Part shown: positions 12,269-25,787 of the stretch, in pieces
Numbering within the stretch: the first letter of the stretch is position 1
Layout: every line of letters starts with the position of its first letter
DNA from: Lama guanicoe
Lineage: Eukaryota
Length of the DNA stretch: 64,000 nt
Assembly: GCA_013239625.1 (NCBI GenBank)
Contig: MU054049.1
Coordinates: 1,377,015-1,441,014, forward strand
Direction: 5' to 3'
The notes under the pieces: generated by a model
Seen by the model: the letters and a program-made list of their open reading frames with translations, nothing else
Databases searched by the model: none
Told to the model about the DNA's origin: nothing
Program-made: the position numbers and the translations under genes

Positions 12269-12712
12269 TGAAGTGGCTGAGTGCTGGCCCCCAAAAGATA
12301 CGTCCGTGTCCTAATTCCTGGGATCTATGAATATGACCCTATTTAGAAGAAGGGTCTCTGCAGACAGAATTAAAGACCTTGTGAGGAGGAGACAGTCCCA
12401 GAGTATCCCAGTGTCCCCTGAATCTTATGACAAGTGTCCTTTTATAAGGGAAGGTAGAGGGACACTGGAGACAGAGAGACAAGGAGGGGTGATGTAAGCA
12501 TAGGGATTGGAATGATGTGTCCACAAACCAAGGGATGAATGGGGCTTCTAGAAGCTGGAAGAAGCAAGGAAGGATCCTCTCCTACAGCTTTCAAAGAGAC
12601 AGCAACCCCGACGACCCCTTGCTTTTGGACATCGGGCCTCCAGGACTGGGAGAGAATTAACGTCTGTTGTTTTAAGCCGCCCAGCGCGTGGTCACTGGCT
12701 AGCACACAGGCT
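12269..12712 (+). mobile_element. MaLR solo LTR (MLT1C-like)
   Basis: 'ggcccccaaaagatacgtcc', 'agaagctggaagaagcaaggaaggatcctctcc', 'ctgttgttttaagcc'. Confidence 0.85.
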
Positions 12713-12719
12713 GACTTGT

Positions 12720-13320
12720 GCTTTTGACTGTCCAGTGCGAGTTGCTATTTGCAGGAGAATTTGTGATCTCATCCCTCAGGCCCACGAGCCCATCGGGTCC
12801 TGCTCTGCCCTTGGCTGGAAAGGGAATCCCGAGGCTGCCTCTGCCTCTTGGGTGTGGAGCTCTGGGCCAGATGAGAAATGGGCCTATTTATAAACGAACA
12901 GAGCCAGAGGGCGGGTGTGGGGTCGGCCGAGGGCTTCACCAAGGTCATAGACCCAGTCCCTTGGGATGGAGGCATTGCCAAGAAGAGCCAGGCTCCCGAG
13001 GAAGTAAGCGGGGGGCGGGAGCACGCGGGCCTCTCTGAGCGGTGGGGCTGTGGTCCATTTCTGAGCAGCCTAATGCAGGAATGTCCAGCTGGCTTCCAAG
13101 TCATATCTGGTTTCCCGGGCGAAGGGCTGGGTGGGAGAGGATTCTTTCCCACTGCCTCACTGCCGCTCCGAGAAAGGAAGCGTGAGCGCCCAGGGCGGGT
13201 GCCCCTCGGGCAGCTCGGGTCCCGTCTGCGGGCAGTTGTGCCCTCCACGCTCCTGCCACCTGGAAGGGGACGCTGCACATGGTGAGTGAGCCCCTCGTTT
13301 CGCACCAGAAAGATCACTCT
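12720..13320. promoter_or_regulatory. Candidate enhancer/promoter (MEF2, KLF/SP, ETS, NF-kB-like motifs)
   Basis: CTATTTATAA 12884-12893, GGGAATCCC 12822-12830, GGGCGGGTGTGGGG, GAGGAAGT, GGGGGCGGGA; raised CpG. Confidence 0.45.
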
Positions 13321-13834
13321 CTCCGCAGGGCCAGGTCGGGGGTACTTACGGGGTGGGATCTCAGCCCCAGGCTGCCCCAGGGAAGGCGGGAAGCTGTGTG
13401 GCAGTGCCAGGGATGTGGGTGGACAGGGACTCTGCCGATTAGAGCCTGAGTGGGAGGGATCAGGGTCTCCTCTCAGCGCGGCTGGTGCTGGACACAGCTG
13501 TCTGGCGGAAGTCACAGCATACAGGCTGCCTCACCCGGCCCCACCGGCAGGCCTGTGCCTGGGAGATGCCCAGCTCTTCTGCACCAGGGGTCTTAGGCGC
13601 AAGCAGAAGGCTTTGCTCCACAGCAGGAACAGCCTCTGACCAGCCAGGAGGCCCACCTCGGTTACATCTGTGACCATATCATGTCTCTGAGTCTTGTATG
13701 TCTTGAAGCGCTTCTTGTAAGAGTGAATTTCTGTAGAGTGAGTAGCTGAAGCAGGGAGAAGAATGGGGGCAGACGTTCACCTGCTTGAGTTCAGAGAAAA
13801 GAGCTTTAGTAAACTTTGAATCTCTGCTTCATCT

Positions 13835-13950
13835 CCTTCTTGCTGTGTGACCTTGGACAAGTCACTTAACCTCTCTGAGCCTCATTTCTCAGTTTGTAAT
13901 ATGGCCTACTTTGCTGAACTGTGGGGAGGTTAAATGGGACAGTATGTGTG
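13835..13950 (+). mobile_element. MIR core
   Basis: 'gctgtgtgaccttggacaagtcacttaacctctctgagcctcatttctc'; many similar MIR fragments occur throughout the window. Confidence 0.85.
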
Positions 13951-16900
13951 ACTGAAGCTCCACTCCCCATCCATAGAACCTGGGCTCATTTCCCAGGTCT
14001 TCAGACATCTTCTTTTCTGTTTAACCTTTGTGTCTGAGAAAGTCTGCTGGAGCGGCAGGGGCCCTGTCCACCCCAGCTGTGCGCCCAGTGACATGGAACA
14101 CTCAGTGCAGCACTGTGAATCAGGGCTGGCCTCTGTCTGCTGGGGACACTCAGTGGGACATTCATGCAACTCACGTGGGACGTATAGGCTTGGCTACCTA
14201 CAGCCCACAGACCCCTCCTCCACCCTCGTCCCCTGACTCTGGGCTCTGGCCCAGCTGGTCCTGGTCAGAAGACCCAGATTCCAAGCCTGAAACCAAACCC
14301 GTGTCTTTATCATTCACTTGTCGAGCCCTGTCTTTCCTGTCAAAATCTGGCTATGACCTGCTCAAGGTTAAACTTATATTGAAGTAGATGCAGAATCTGC
14401 CCATGGTAGGGGCTGTCTATGGAAAAGGACTTACCACCTCCACTACAGAGACAAGGGCCCTGCTCCCTGATGCTTTGTGGCCTTGGACAAGTCATCTTCA
14501 TCTTTAAAATGCGTACAATTATATCTAAGTCTCAGAGTGACTATAGGTTTATCGTTGATCACCCAGCCTGGCCCCTGCCACACAGGAGTTCCCCGTTAAT
14601 CTTGGGTCCCACCCCCTCCTCTTGCCTTGAGCGCCATTTTGTGTGAAGTCAGCAATGTGGCTCGGGCCCCACACACAGGAGCAGGCTGGCTCAGGGAGGG
14701 CCCAAGAGCCAGGAGACCAGGGAAGCTGGAGGGGGCACTACCTCCCTTTTCTGGGTGCTGACAGTCCCAGCAGGGGGCTCACCGCAGGGGCTCACCCCCA
14801 AGAAGGAGAGGTAAGAGGGCGTCAAATGCCAGCATGGTCTCTCCAGGGTCTAAGGGAGGTGTCCTCACGCCTCTGCCCCGGGAAAGTCATCCCACTGAGG
14901 CCAGACTGGACTTGACCCCCACAGCACATGCACACACATAACCCACCCATCTCCCCAAGTCTCCCAGCATCCAGGCGTGAGGTCCCCTAGTCACCTTCTG
15001 TCTCACATCCACTTGGTGGTCAAACCTAATACCGACCAATGGCTGCTTCCCTCCAAGGCCCCTGCGCTGCAAGGTCAGGCCCTTGCTGTACCTGCCACAC
15101 TGTTTTGCAGCCTCCTAGAGCCTCCCCGACCCTGTTCCTGCCCTTGTCCTGAACTTGACAGGGAGCTCAGAGAACTTCTGCTCCTGACCTCAGAGCAGGG
15201 CAATCATGCGAGTCTGGACACCACCCTTGCACCTGCAGTACAGGAGGATGCTCTGAGAATGTTTCTGTTTGGAGCCTGGGTTTTTCCTACAACCTTGAGA
15301 CTAGAGAAACAGACACCACACCCTTAAGTTCAAGCATCCCAGAGAAGAGCTCGAGTTCCCACCTCCCATCCCAGCCCCCACCCCCTCCAAGCCCTGGCTC
15401 GTCCCGGGGCTGGCATCTCACAGGCCCTGCACCAGCATTGAGCCAACAACTGGCCTCTCCCGACACGCACACGTGCACATGCGTGTGCACCCACACACTC
15501 CTCCACACACCTGCATCTCCACAGCAGGGATCGAGGAAGGGAGGGGCTGTGCCCCCGTGTCTGTCCATGAATGAGAACCTCACCTTCGCACGTGGCTGGA
15601 TGCAGTGCTTCCCACCCACATGGGTATCCATCACCTTCAGCAGAACCTCCGTCAGCTCCAACGGAAGCTCTCAGGGGTGCTGCTCCCAACCCCTTTGCAG
15701 GCACAGCCCTGCCAGGCTGCCCAGGTGAGTGGCAGAGTGAGGGCAGCCTGTGGGAGGACCCACTCTGACTCCAAGGATGCAGCCGGGGCTACGGTGACCT
15801 AGGCAAGATATTTGCTTGGTGCCTTAGCTCAGGCTGCCCAGGAGAGGTGGGCCAGCCATCTCCATCAGTCCCCACCCCCTGGATGCTGAAGGAGCTTTTC
15901 AGCCTGCCTGGGAAGGTGCACCGGGTCATCCCTAAGGTCCCCAGAGGTCCCAGAACCCCGCCAGCCCGCAGGAGCCCCCAGGAAGGGACTGTACCAGCAC
16001 TTCTGGAGCACCTGCTGGCCGGGCCCTGATCCCCACCAGCAGTTCCCACAGCGCGGACCACTGTCGCAGTACCAGCATCACCTGGGACCTTGATAGGGAG
16101 GCAGGTTCTCAGGCCCCAGCCCAAATAATGTTTAAACAACCTCCCTCCCCATGACTCCAGGTTGAGAGCTTCCGCCCACACCACCCACTGGGCCCTCCCT
16201 GTGTCACCCTGGAACTTACCCCTCTTCTGCGGGCACCAGGGCCCCACGGCGCTCCTGCCGGGGAGCAGACATCCCAGGAGCTCGGGATCAAGTCGCCTTC
16301 CCTCGGGCCTATCATCTTACTGACTGTGACACAGGCCCTGCCAGGAAGGGCTGGAGGCACGATTTGAACTCAGACCTGCTTACAGGTGTGGGCAGCCATA
16401 AATCAACATGGGCCGAGAATAGCCTGGGGGCTTACAAGGGTGAATACGCAGGCCCACAGTAGGAAACAGGCCCAGTCAGCATCACCAGGCCCCCTCGGAG
16501 AAGGCTTTCTCGGCACCCCATCCATTCCAGAAAAATCCCAAATGGTTGCCGCGTGTTAATCAGATTTGTAAAGCAGTGGCCAGGGCAAGGTCACTTTTGG
16601 GTACCTCACTTGAACCTCTCAGCGATTCTGGCCACAAGGGGAGATCAAGGGTGCTGTGGGGGCCGGGGACGGGGGTTGCGTCCCACAGACCTCAGTGAGG
16701 GGGCAGAGCAGAGCTGCTGGGGGCAGGGGGGTCTCCTCCAGAAAGGAAAGGAGCTGGGGGAGGTGGTCTGGATCAGCTGGTGCCGCTGGATACCTGAGGC
16801 ATCTGATGGATCGGACCAGCAGGTTCAGACAGCAGCAATCCTGGGGGCGGGGGCTCACACCCGCTGTCCTGCGAGTGTTGGCTCCCTTCCCTTACACCTG

Positions 16901-17168
16901 GAGGGCTGGTAGGGGCAGAGCTGTCTGCGGGGCCTGCCTCCAAGGGTGACTGGAGCCAGGAAGGACAGACAGAAGAGAGCCATCGTCAGCAGACAAAGAG
17001 GTCATTAAAACAAAAAGTTGAAAAGATAACTCCCATGTATATCACAAGATGTTCAGACAAATTAAACATGTTTAGGCCAAATGCCAGGGATAAAATCCCA
17101 GCTCTAGTAGCTGAAGCCTTGTGATCCCGGGCAAAGGACTGGATTTCTTTAGGCCCTAGTTTCCTGGC

Positions 17169-17595
17169 TGCAGTGGCCTGAACGGTGGCCCCCAAGAGAT
17201 AGTCAACATCCTAACCCCCAGAACTTGTGAATGTGACCTTATCTGGAGTCTCTGCAAGTGTAATTAAGTTAAGAATCCAGAGATGAAGAGATTATCTTAA
17301 TCATCCAGGTGGGCTCGAAATCCAGGGACAAAGTCTCCTTTTAGAAGCACTCAGAGGAGAGAGACATACAGAAAAGGAAAGCCCATGGGGAAAAGGATGC
17401 AGAGTTTGGAGGGATGCAGCCACAAACCCGGAAACAGCTGGAGGAACCAGAAGCCGGACCAGCCCTTGAAGGCAGCTCAGCCCAGCCGACACCTTGATCA
17501 CAGACTCCCAGCCTCCAGAATTCTGAGAAAATACAAGTCTGTTGTTTTAAATCCCTCTGTTAGCAGTAATTTGTTACAACCGCCACAGGAAGGGT
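17169..17595 (+). mobile_element. MaLR solo LTR (MLT1C/D-like)
   Basis: 'ggtggcccccaagagat...gtgaatgtgacctta...taattaagttaag...gacaccttgatcacagactcccagcctccagaa...aatttgttacaacc'. Confidence 0.88.
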
Positions 17596-17844
17596 TCACA
17601 GAAGAAAGAATATAAAGAGGCAACAAGAGGGGGTCAGCTTAGGTCACATGCATTTATGCAAAAGAACAGCACGCAACCACGCAAAGACGTTTGTGGACAG
17701 TCATTAAGGATGAGGCTGGTGTTCACATTTTAATATCAAATCGGAAAAACAGAGTACCAGAATATTACATTGAAAATGTATATGAATCCAACTTTGTTTT
17801 TATTTTTGATCTGATTTGACTTTATACTGTATATAATTTTTGGG

Positions 17845-18336
17845 GGGTTTTTATTTTTTATTGAAGTATATACAGTGTATGATGTTGTGTTCATTTCTGG
17901 TGTACAGCATAATGATTCAGTTATACATATATATGTTCTTTTTCATATTCTTTTTCATTATAGGCCATTATAAGGGATCAAATATTGTTCCCTGTGCTAT
18001 ACAGTAGGACCTTGTTGTTTATCTATTTTACATATAGTAGTTATTATTTGCAAATCCTGAACTCCCAATTTATTGCTGCATCCCTGCCTTTCCCCCTGAT
18101 AACCACAAGTTTATTTTCTATGTCTGTGAGTCTGTTTCTGTTCTGTAAAAAAGCTCATTTGTCTCATTTTTTAGATTCCACGTATTAGTGAAAGCATGTG
18201 GTATTTTTCTTTCTCTTATTGGCTTACTTCACTTAGTATGACAATCTCCAGGTCCATCCATGTTGCTGAAAATAGCATTATTTTATTCTTTTTTAGAAGA
18301 AGATGTGATATATATATATATATGTGTGTGTATACA

Positions 18337-18378
<42 letters not shown>

Positions 18379-18410
18379 GGAATACTACTCAGCCATAGAT
18401 AAAGAATAAT
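17845..18410 (-). mobile_element. L1 3' end with 5' inversion containing (TA)n(CA)n
   Basis: Minus-strand L1 3'UTR to 18294; 18295-18397 ('agaagatgtg...aatggaatactactcagccata') is the adjacent L1 sequence in opposite orientation. Confidence 0.85.
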
Positions 18411-19864
18411 TTTATTTTTAAAAGTATGCCCAAAAAAAGGGAAAAATAGCAATGACCATCTCTGGGTCATATGACACCACGTTCTTTATTATCTTTTTTG
18501 CTATTTTTGATATTTTCCAAATTCCTCCTCAATGAGTATAACTTTTATTATCAGAAAATAAAAGAACGGTTCTAAGATGCTCTTCCTGCAAATGTCACAT
18601 ATTTGTGCAAGCTCCCCTGGAAGCCCGCTTTCTTTCCACCTCAAATCTCATGAGATCCTTCCAACAGCCCCATGAGAAGCTCAGCTGTGGCTCCATTTTG
18701 GAGGTGGGAAAACTGGGCTCCGAGCAGTGCAGGGAGACCACAGAGCCAGCCCGGGGCTGAGGCTGGGAAAGGAACACAGCCTGCCTGCCTCCTGAGCCTT
18801 GCGTGGAAAGCCATGCTCCCCTAACCCAGAGAGACAGCGCTCTGTCCTCGCCTCCCTCTGCCGACCACGCCCAGGACGTGGCCTGTCCTTCAAGTCAGAA
18901 AGACTGATCAAAGCCTCAAGTGCCCTCCAGGCAGAGATAAATGACAAGATCCTGGGATGCCGGTTTCCTTGTTTTAAATGGAATGACAGATAAATCATTT
19001 CTACTAACTGTTTTTACCTGGCTGCAGGAAATGATGCATCGCCATCTTTTAAAAGAAAATTAAGCCTTTAATTCCATGGCACCTGTAATAAAATGGTACT
19101 TCAGCTCTCGGCCCTGAATATATGGCCCGTCTTGTCCTAATTTACTATTGCGATGCTGCCTGGAATGTTCGGAAGTTATTAATGTGGCAATATATTCAAG
19201 CACCAAACCTGGCCTTCGAATGCAGTTGAAGTGCTCAATTAACACAACGGATGGCCATGCGGGAACCAAAGGGGTGACATCGAGAGGTCGGCTGCACGGG
19301 CGGGGTGCAGAGCTGGCGGTGCGAGTGCTGCAGGGAGCCTCAGTTACTTCCCCCTGGAAGGTGGAGATTGTGATACCTCCTTCACAGGTACAAGGTACCA
19401 GGTTCGGATCTGTGCCTGGATCTCCAATGAGCACCACCAGCTCATTCTCTGCCAGGAATGCCCCAAATGCCTTTCTCTTCATTCTGATTCTCTCCTGGTC
19501 CAGAGGAGAGCTACGGGTGCTTCCACATGCATACTGATCCTTAGCATGTGTGTGCACGCTCGCACATGGGGTAATTCATCCCTAGGCTCTGAGCAGGCAC
19601 ATCTCACTGTACTTTGAAGAGCAGATCTTTATGACCAGGGAACTGCTCAGCGATCCATGCAAAGATATGCTGGGACAAAATTTCAATGTAAGATAAAGGA
19701 CAGGGTCCTGAGGACTTCTAGGCCCCCTGCTCATCATCTTGTGCACCTCTCTTCTCTCCGTGGGCGTGTGATGCTGCCAGGGAGACCATGTGCCAATGTC
19801 AGCTGACCTCACGTGCCCTCCCTGCTAGCTAGCCATTGGGACAGCCACTGAAAGTGTGCATCTG

Positions 19865-20168
19865 CAAATGAACTGATTGACAAACACAGACAGACTCACA
19901 GACGTAGAAAACAAACTTACAGTTACCAGCAGGGAAAGTGGGGCAGGTTGGAGGGATAAACTGGGAGTTTGGGATTCGTGGATGCTAACTACTATATATG
20001 AAAGAGATAAACCACAAGGTCCTACTGTAGAGCACAGGGAACTATATTCAATACCTTGTCGTAGCCTATAATACAAAGAATATGAAAAGGAATATGTATA
20101 ACTGAATTGCTATGCTGCACACCAGAAATTAACACAACATTGTAAATCAGCTATACTTCAATAAAAAA
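19865..20168 (+). mobile_element. 5'-truncated L1 with 15-bp TSD
   Basis: TSD gaaagtgt(g/a)catctg at 19850-19864 and 20169-20183; L1 3'UTR and A tail. Confidence 0.92.
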
Positions 20169-20789
20169 GAAAGTGTACATCTGAATAAGGCCACTGGAAT
20201 GAGAGCCCTCTTGTTCTGAAACTACCAAATGGGCTCAAAGATACTGCTGGGGTCTCTGGGGTCAGGAACTTCAGATCTTTCCGTGGGTCTCTCAGGAGGG
20301 GCTCCCATCCCCTGCGAGGTACAAGGCAGCTCTCTGCCCTCCCCAGGGTAAAGCTCGTGTATTTTCAGGGACGGGGATGTGGGATAGTTCATTTAGCTTT
20401 CAGCAAACCCACATAAGGGGAGTCATTGCAAACCTGTATTTGGAGCAGAAGACAAACGTGGAAGTCTCAAATGTGAACCTGATCCCTTAGCAATGAGCAT
20501 GAGCCAAGCCTCCTCCGATTACCAGAGCTGGCGACCCAAGGGACAGACAAAGCTATGGCTGAGGCTACTTTTCTGGAGGAACCAGGATGCTTGAGCCACC
20601 AGAGCAGTTACTTGAGCAAATTATTTAGATAACAGTAGTACCTCTCTCATAAGATTGTTGTGATTATTAAAAGGAATCAATACATGGGCTCAGCCACACA
20701 GAGGTGGTCACTACCTGTTAGGTGTGGAAACCAGCCCCCTGCACCGTGGCTTCCTAAAACTTAGGCAGCCCATACATGGCAGACAGTGT

Positions 20790-21880
20790 GAATAAGTACT
20801 CATACCACTGGGAGTCCTGCTTGGGTCTCCTCTTCCTCATCCTTCCCATCCAAGCCTCCAGAGCCAAATTCTATCCAAATGACCTCCTCCCTCCCCTCCC
20901 TGAGCTTCTGGGCTACCATCTCTCTCACCTGGACCCCTACAATGTCCTTCTGATGGGTTCTGCCCCTGTCTTATCTTCACAGCACTCTGTTTTCCACGCA
21001 GCAACCAGAGAAATCTTTTTTATTATTAATTTTTTAATTGAAGGATATTTATATAATATTCTATATAAGTTACAGGTGTACAATATAGTGATTTACAATT
21101 TTTACAAGTTATACTCCATTTATAGTTTAAATTTTAAAAATACTAGCTACAGGGTTTTTATAATTTTTATAACTTATAATAATTGTAAAATATTAGCTAG
21201 TGTTGCACAATGTATCCTTGTAGCTTATTTTATACCTAACAGTTTGTACCTTATAATTTCCTACCCCTATATTGCCCCTCTTTCCTTCCTTCTCCCCACT
21301 GGTAAACACTCGTTTGTTCTCTATATCTGTGAGTCTGCTTCTTATTTTGTTAAACCACCAGTTTGTCGTATTTTTTTAGATTCCACATATAAGTGATATC
21401 ACACAGTATTTGTCTTTGTCTGACTTAGTTTACTTAGCAAGCCCATCCATGTTGCTGCAAATGACAAAATTTCATTCTTTTTATGGCTGAGTAGTATTCC
21501 ATTTTGATGGATGTATGTGTATATATATATATATAATATATATATGTCACATTATTATCCACTCATCTGCTGGTGAACACTGAGGTTGCTTCCATATCTT
21601 GGCAATTGTAAACACTGCTGCTATGAAATCTTTTTCAAATGTTCATCAGATCCTATTGGCCCCATGATTAAACCCACCATTGGCTTCCTTAAGGCTGAAT
21701 AAAATATAAACTCCATGCCCCGGCTTTCAAGGCTCCACATCCTGTCTGCTCTGTTCTCTCAGCTTGAAACCCCAACCCCAAGCCCCAAATGTAAGTGCTG
21801 TGAAAGTCTTGGTCACTGCTGTATCCCATTGCCTGGCCCATGGTGGTTACAAAACCAGTGCATATGGAAGAAATGAGGGA
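20790..21880 (+). mobile_element. L2 fragment interrupted by an L1
   Basis: L2 motif 'ccacgcagcaaccagagaaatcttttt|caaatgttcatcagatc' is continuous across the L1 insertion. Confidence 0.7.
21021..21624 (-). mobile_element. L1 3' end nested in L2
   Basis: TSD gaaatcttttt at 21010-21020 and 21625-21635; L1 3'UTR reverse complement. Confidence 0.88.
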
Positions 21881-24739
21881 GTCAAAGGAAGACACTAACT
21901 ATACTGCATTTTCCCACTGGACAGGGCAATAGACAGACACTAATAATAGACACCTTTGGCTAAGCTAATTTCAATTCTTCCTCCTAAGCTGGGAGTCTGT
22001 GGGGCTCAGATGGCTGAGGAAAGAGTTTGTACGCACCCCACCTGTATCCCCAAGGGGCCTAGGTGGCCTCGAGGGGAAGCGGCCCTAGAGGGACCACCGC
22101 ACTCAGCTGCACAGGCCATGGGCTGCACAAATCTAGGGATGCCACTGATACAGAATGCTGCTCCTAGAGTTTGCAGGCCGGGCAGAGCAGCAGCTCTAGA
22201 TCCTCCAACCTGCTCCCTTAGGAGGGAGCCCCCACTGAGTCCCCTCCCTCAGCCCTGCCCAGACCCCGTCTGCCCTCAACTGGTCTCCTCCTTAAGAATT
22301 CTCAGGCCAATAAACCAGAGACCAAAACAGATGATCATCACTGGGTGAGAGGGAGGGTGGAGCGTCAGACAGGTCTCACGGTGATTTTGGCGTCGTCAAG
22401 TACAGCTTTCAGTCCTGTCTCTGCTGCTTCCTGTCTGCGAGGACTGAACCACAAGCTCCCAGCACACAGAGATGCTCAGAACATTTGGGCTGGGCTGAAC
22501 GAGATACCTGCGTGGCAGGGCTGATGGAGAGATGGCAGGGCTTGTGCCTCGTGGCAGACTTAGTACCTATCAGTTCCGCCAGCATAAGCAGCTTCACGTG
22601 ACCCAGAGTCAACACATCCTTGCTTCCTTTATTTGCTATAATGCCGAGCGTAAAGTTACCATTACTCCTTCTTGCACATGAGGCCACTGTAGCTCAGAGG
22701 TTCAATGGTTGTCCAAGTCCCCACACTGCTGGTAATGAGACCGTGACCTACCCTGGCCCTTCAGCTCCTGTGAGGCCACAGTGTTCCCAAGGCCACAGGA
22801 CATAGGAGCCAGAGACTTTGATTTTGTGGACTCAGGCCACTGTCATGTTCAGGTCTGCAGGTCCAGGTTCCCTCTAGCCCCCATCCTACTCCCCACCTGC
22901 CTTCCAGTTGGCTCTGGGGTCTATCCTTCTGCCTAAAAGTGGAAGGAAGAGGGTGGGACTCCCTGAAAACAAAATCCCTACCCTATAACTGAGCTTGACT
23001 GTCATGTCCCAGTCTGAAAACCTGAGACAGCACTGCTGACAGTCCCGATGACAGCCCAGCTGGGAAGGCAGCTATATTTAGCTACATGCTTGACCTACGA
23101 TGTTATCAGGAGCAGAACCAAAATGTTGGGGAGGAGGGAGGTGGCAGACAGAACCCCCACCCCGCACTGCCCCAGCCGTGCAGCCGCGATGAGCTGGTCA
23201 GGAAAGTTTCCACTTCCTGACCACATCTTTTTTTCCCAATGTTAGGGAGCTTTTGTGATTTGCCCAGGGCTTTTGGCCTGGAGGTAGAGGCTAAAATCAA
23301 TCAACGGATTTGCAGCCGGAGGCATCTCAGCAAAAAGGAGTTAAGAAGCACCTTGGCCGTGGGTCACAAAGCCAAGTTTCCCTTTGCATCCCTGGGCACC
23401 CGCAACAATATGAGGGCATCTCTAGGCAAACAGCACATGGGCACTGGGAGAAGACCTGGGCTATCAACAGGGTGGATCTGAATCCCAGATAACGATGCTC
23501 CCCACCTCGTGGAATTTTTGAAATGATCAGATGAAACATAAACATGACAAGTATGCAGCAGTGTAAACGCTGTGCCAGTCTCTCCCCTCCGCTCCATCCT
23601 CACAACCCTAAGAGATAGGATTTCGCCAATCTATCCCCACTCTGCAGATGGAGACTGAACGCAACACTCAGAGAAGGCGATTCGCCTGGAGTCTCAATGG
23701 CAATCTCAGCAGTGCTCGTGTTCCACAGACACCAACATTTCCCATCTCTGGGTTTGACCTGTGTGCTCAGTGGTCCGAGAAAATCAAGGTTGGGGGCGGG
23801 GGTGATGGTGCTAATTTCCCAGAAGCAATCTTACCTCTGCTCTTTGAAGTGTCGCGAAATTGACTGGAGGCTGCTCCTGTCAGCAGCGCTGCTCCAGGCT
23901 GCTGAAAGCACTTTTAGCACCTGATTAAAAAGGAGCCTTATTTTCCTGAGCAATTACCAGCCTCTCTCTCATGATCTCATCCCAAAGAAGAGGAAGAAAA
24001 ATGATGGAAGGCTGGCCTCCAGATGCTCACCCCGGGAAACGCTGAACGGGCCGCCGTGCCCGCGGGTGAGGAGTGCCAGGCACGGCTTGAGCAGAGGCAG
24101 CCAGCAAGGCTCGCCATGGGGGTCATCTGTATCCTTTCTGGTTCCAACAGAGGCCCTGCATCAGGCTGTGACCTGGCTCCTGGGGGATCTGAGAATGAAG
24201 CAAAAGGAAGTAAGGAACTAGCCTGACTCACAGTCCTCCTGCAGAGAGGTCACCCCTCATCATTTCCCCAAACCGCTCTGCCTCGGGGCATATTAGCCTT
24301 GAGGTATATACACTAAAGGAATCACTCCGGGAAGATAACCTCTTGGCCGAAAGCACAAGCCAGTTGTTAAGCAGAAAAAGATTCAAACCCAGAGTTCTAA
24401 ACAGCACCCTGCATTGTATCACGCTGCCTCCTAGCATCCCTAGGCTGCTTTTTTTTTTTTTTTCAGTTGAAGTACAGTCGTTATACAATGTTGTGTCAAT
24501 TAGAGTTCCGGTCTTGTATTCATCCCGCTTCATTCCTTCTGGTCGCAACAACATCTGTCACTGGGAGGGCGCCCCACCCATGGGCGTGGCTAAAGACTGC
24601 CGCCAGCTCCGTTTGGCCCGAATTGCGTCACGTCGTGGGCACGCCACACCTGGTCTGAGTCATAACCAGGGCTCCTACAGCTCATAGTAGCAAGGAGCCA
24701 TAAAAAGGAAATATCCAGGGCTGCCAAAGTTGTGGTCAA

Positions 24740-25090
24740 ACAGGCAGGCTTACTCATTGCTGGTGGCAGTGAAAAGCAATTTGGCAAGATGTACGCATAC
24801 CAAGCTTGATGGTATGCACCTCTTTGATCCAGTCATCACACATCTGCAAATATAGCTTCAGACAATAAGTCTGAATTTTTTTTGAATCCTATCTAAAACT
24901 GTATTCATTGTAGCATTTCCTGAGGAGCCAAATACCTTGAAATTCTATAGTGTGGCATATTAAGCCATTAAATATAATATTTCAGAAGAATTCGGAATAG
25001 CATGGAAATGCTTTTGTTATCAAGTTTAATGGCAAAAGAAGGTTATGAAATTGTGCAAATGGTATGATCACAACTATGTTAAAAAAAAGT
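24740..25090 (+). mobile_element. Ancient L1ME-like 3' fragment
   Basis: 'cattgctggtggcagtg', 'ttgatccagtcatcacacatctg', 'taagccattaaa'; highly diverged. Confidence 0.5.
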
Positions 25091-25154
25091 GAATGAATAA
25101 ATGGCACATAGGACTTATAGGGGAAGGGTTTTTGGTTGGTTGGTTTGTTGGCTT

Positions 25155-25255
25155 TTTAAGCAGTTTTTAGGTTTACAGGAAAATTGAGTAGAATGTACAG
25201 AGATTTCCTATATACCCGTTGCCCCCACACAAGCATAGCCTCCTTCCTCATCAAC
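25155..25255 (-). mobile_element. L1MC-like 3' terminal fragment
   Basis: 'gcagtttttaggtttacaggaaaattgagtagaatgtacagagatttcc'. Confidence 0.65.
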
Positions 25256-25745
25256 TTCCCGGGTGGGATTTTTTTCCCCCTACTTTCTTTTTTTCCCCTC
25301 CAGATTGTCAAATTGTCTTTAATGAGGAAAATACATTTTATTGGGAAAGAAGGCAAGAAGAGAGGAAGGGAGGGAGGAAGAGCAGGAGGAAAGGCAAGAA
25401 GAGGGACCCCTCACCCCAAAGGGAGAACGCAGACTGCTTCTCAGCCCTTTCGATTTCCGATACACATTTTTATTTCACCAGCTGTTGGAGTTCCTCACCG
25501 TTTTAAGTTTGTGATATCATCTCCCTTGTCCACATACTTTTCATGGGGGAAGGGGCGGGGAGGGGAGACCATTTTAATGTTTTCTCAACCCTGAAACTGT
25601 CCCCAAAACCCCAAATTCAAGCTGGCCTCCAACGGAAGCCTCCTTAGCTCACTCTCCCTCTTCCCGTACCTGAGACAAGTTTTCCTGCCGACGGGAAACA
25701 CCCTGTGACCTGCAGCCTTGGAGCCTGGGCAGAGATTCTCTGGCT

Positions 25746-25746
25746 T

Positions 25747-25786
<40 letters not shown>
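25746..25786. repeat. (TC)n(CA)n microsatellite
   Basis: Direct reading of the sequence. Confidence 0.95.
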
Positions 25787-25787
<1 letters not shown>

